DNA of 63,406 nt, the filler included, from Reticulomyxa filosa (lineage: Eukaryota; Protista; Foraminifera): NCBI GenBank assembly GCA_000512085.1. It is 21 parts of 21 records of this genome, joined end to end, with 100 filler letters (N's around TTAATTAATTAA, not from the genome) between each part and the next. Parts side by side here need not be neighbours in the genome. Positions count along the whole stretch, not along the records: positions 62,135 to 63,406 come from ASPP01040081.1; 20 more parts are not named here. One strand, 5' to 3'. Under the pieces are notes generated by a model. That model made no database searches, was not told the origin of the DNA, and saw only the letters and a program-made list of their open reading frames with translations. Below, piece by piece: positions 62,263 through 63,406 of the stretch. The position numbers and the translations under genes were made by a program. Each line of letters begins with the position of its first letter. Position 1 is the first letter of the stretch.

Positions 62263-63406
62263 GATTAAAAAAGTAAAATGGAAAAGGGGAGGGAATGAAA
62301 GAGAATAATGAAGAAAAATAAGAAAAAAGAAAAAGACACGGCGATCGTGTACGTGCGCATATACGCAAATCCAGATTTTATCATTCGTGTGGGTGAAATC
62401 GTGAACAATGAATGCCCAAGAATGAAAAAAAATTTTACTCAATCAACACTTAGATCGCCAATCCAAACTTTGATTTATGGAAATGCTCGAGTCTGTTCGA
62501 CAGTTACTTACTCAATGCAATTGGGAGAACATTCAAGGTGATATTGGTCCAACTTGGTGGAATAGTTTTGCAAAACTTCATCGACATTGGTAATGAAGTG
62601 AATGCGAAGATGAGAAGGATGATGAAGAAAAGAAAGTGAATTTGGAGTGGATCTGTTAAAATAAAACTAGTCGTCACATTCGCTTAGTATGGTTATATAC
62701 TCTTCACGCCCGCGAGTGGACACATACAATACTTCCATAGCACGCACCAATCAAAGTAATGAATAAGTGTGGAATGTCTAGAAGTGGTAACCCAAACAAT
62801 TGAAAAGAATTTGGTAATCAACATATTTGCGCACAAGTCTCTGGTCAACAATTGTTCTCAAAGATGGCGTTGAACTGCAATTTAAATGTTCCAGCTAACA
62901 AGGGAAGTCCAGTTGTTATAAAAATGGCGATAAATACTCGTGTCGAAACTGGTTGTGTGATACTCATATTCGCAACTTGGATTTTGGTTGGTTCATAGTC
63001 TGATTGTAGGAATCATTCGCGACAAATATGCCCAAGAATGAAAAAAAAAGAATAGTACCTCATACTGGAAATTCCCGCGCAAAGTGTGTCTCTCATCACA
63101 AGGTACACTACCTTTTTTTAAATACGAAATCCATCTGCTCTCGTAGAACAGTTTGACAAGATTTTTACAGATCGATCCCAGAAAGTTGGACCTTGGTGCA
63201 GCCAGTCGACGAAAGAAAGCTCGACAAGAAGAAAGAGTTTTGATACGCGCAAAGTAGAAAAGGTTGTGCGCAATGGCGGCAGAGAAGAAGTGGAAGTTGA
63301 CGAAGAAAAAAACGTGGAAGTTGTTAGTGAATACATCCTCACGTCAATCGAGAAAATTGGTACATTGGGAGAACATTCTATTTGGAGTGAATCAACTTGG
63401 TGGAGG

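Overview
AT-rich eukaryotic draft-genome sequence made of 21 short contigs joined by 20 artificial 100-nt linkers (N-run + TTAATTAATTAA + N-run), so adjacency across linkers means nothing. Gene style (short GT-AG introns, expanded WD40, NACHT and 7TM families, many pseudogenes, homopolymer frameshifts) points to a rhizarian protist, most likely the foraminiferan Reticulomyxa filosa; this is an inference. Recognisable genes: CSN5, IMP3, RNase H2A, an NPSN/VTI1-type SNARE, a SET-domain protein, an SMCR8-like uDENN protein, a C2H2/AT-hook factor, an Sfi1-like protein, WD40, NACHT, 7TM and C2 proteins. There are also two kinase pseudogenes and two decayed Tc1/mariner elements. The most unusual feature is a 319-nt GC-richer non-coding element at 34033-34351 (+): a complete tRNA-like cloverleaf whose anticodon loop holds a ~242-nt highly structured insert with UUCG and GNRA hairpins and a possible pseudoknot. 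Second is a protein carrying a RelA/SpoT-like nucleotidyltransferase domain (43694-45188, -), a candidate alarmone-type effector.
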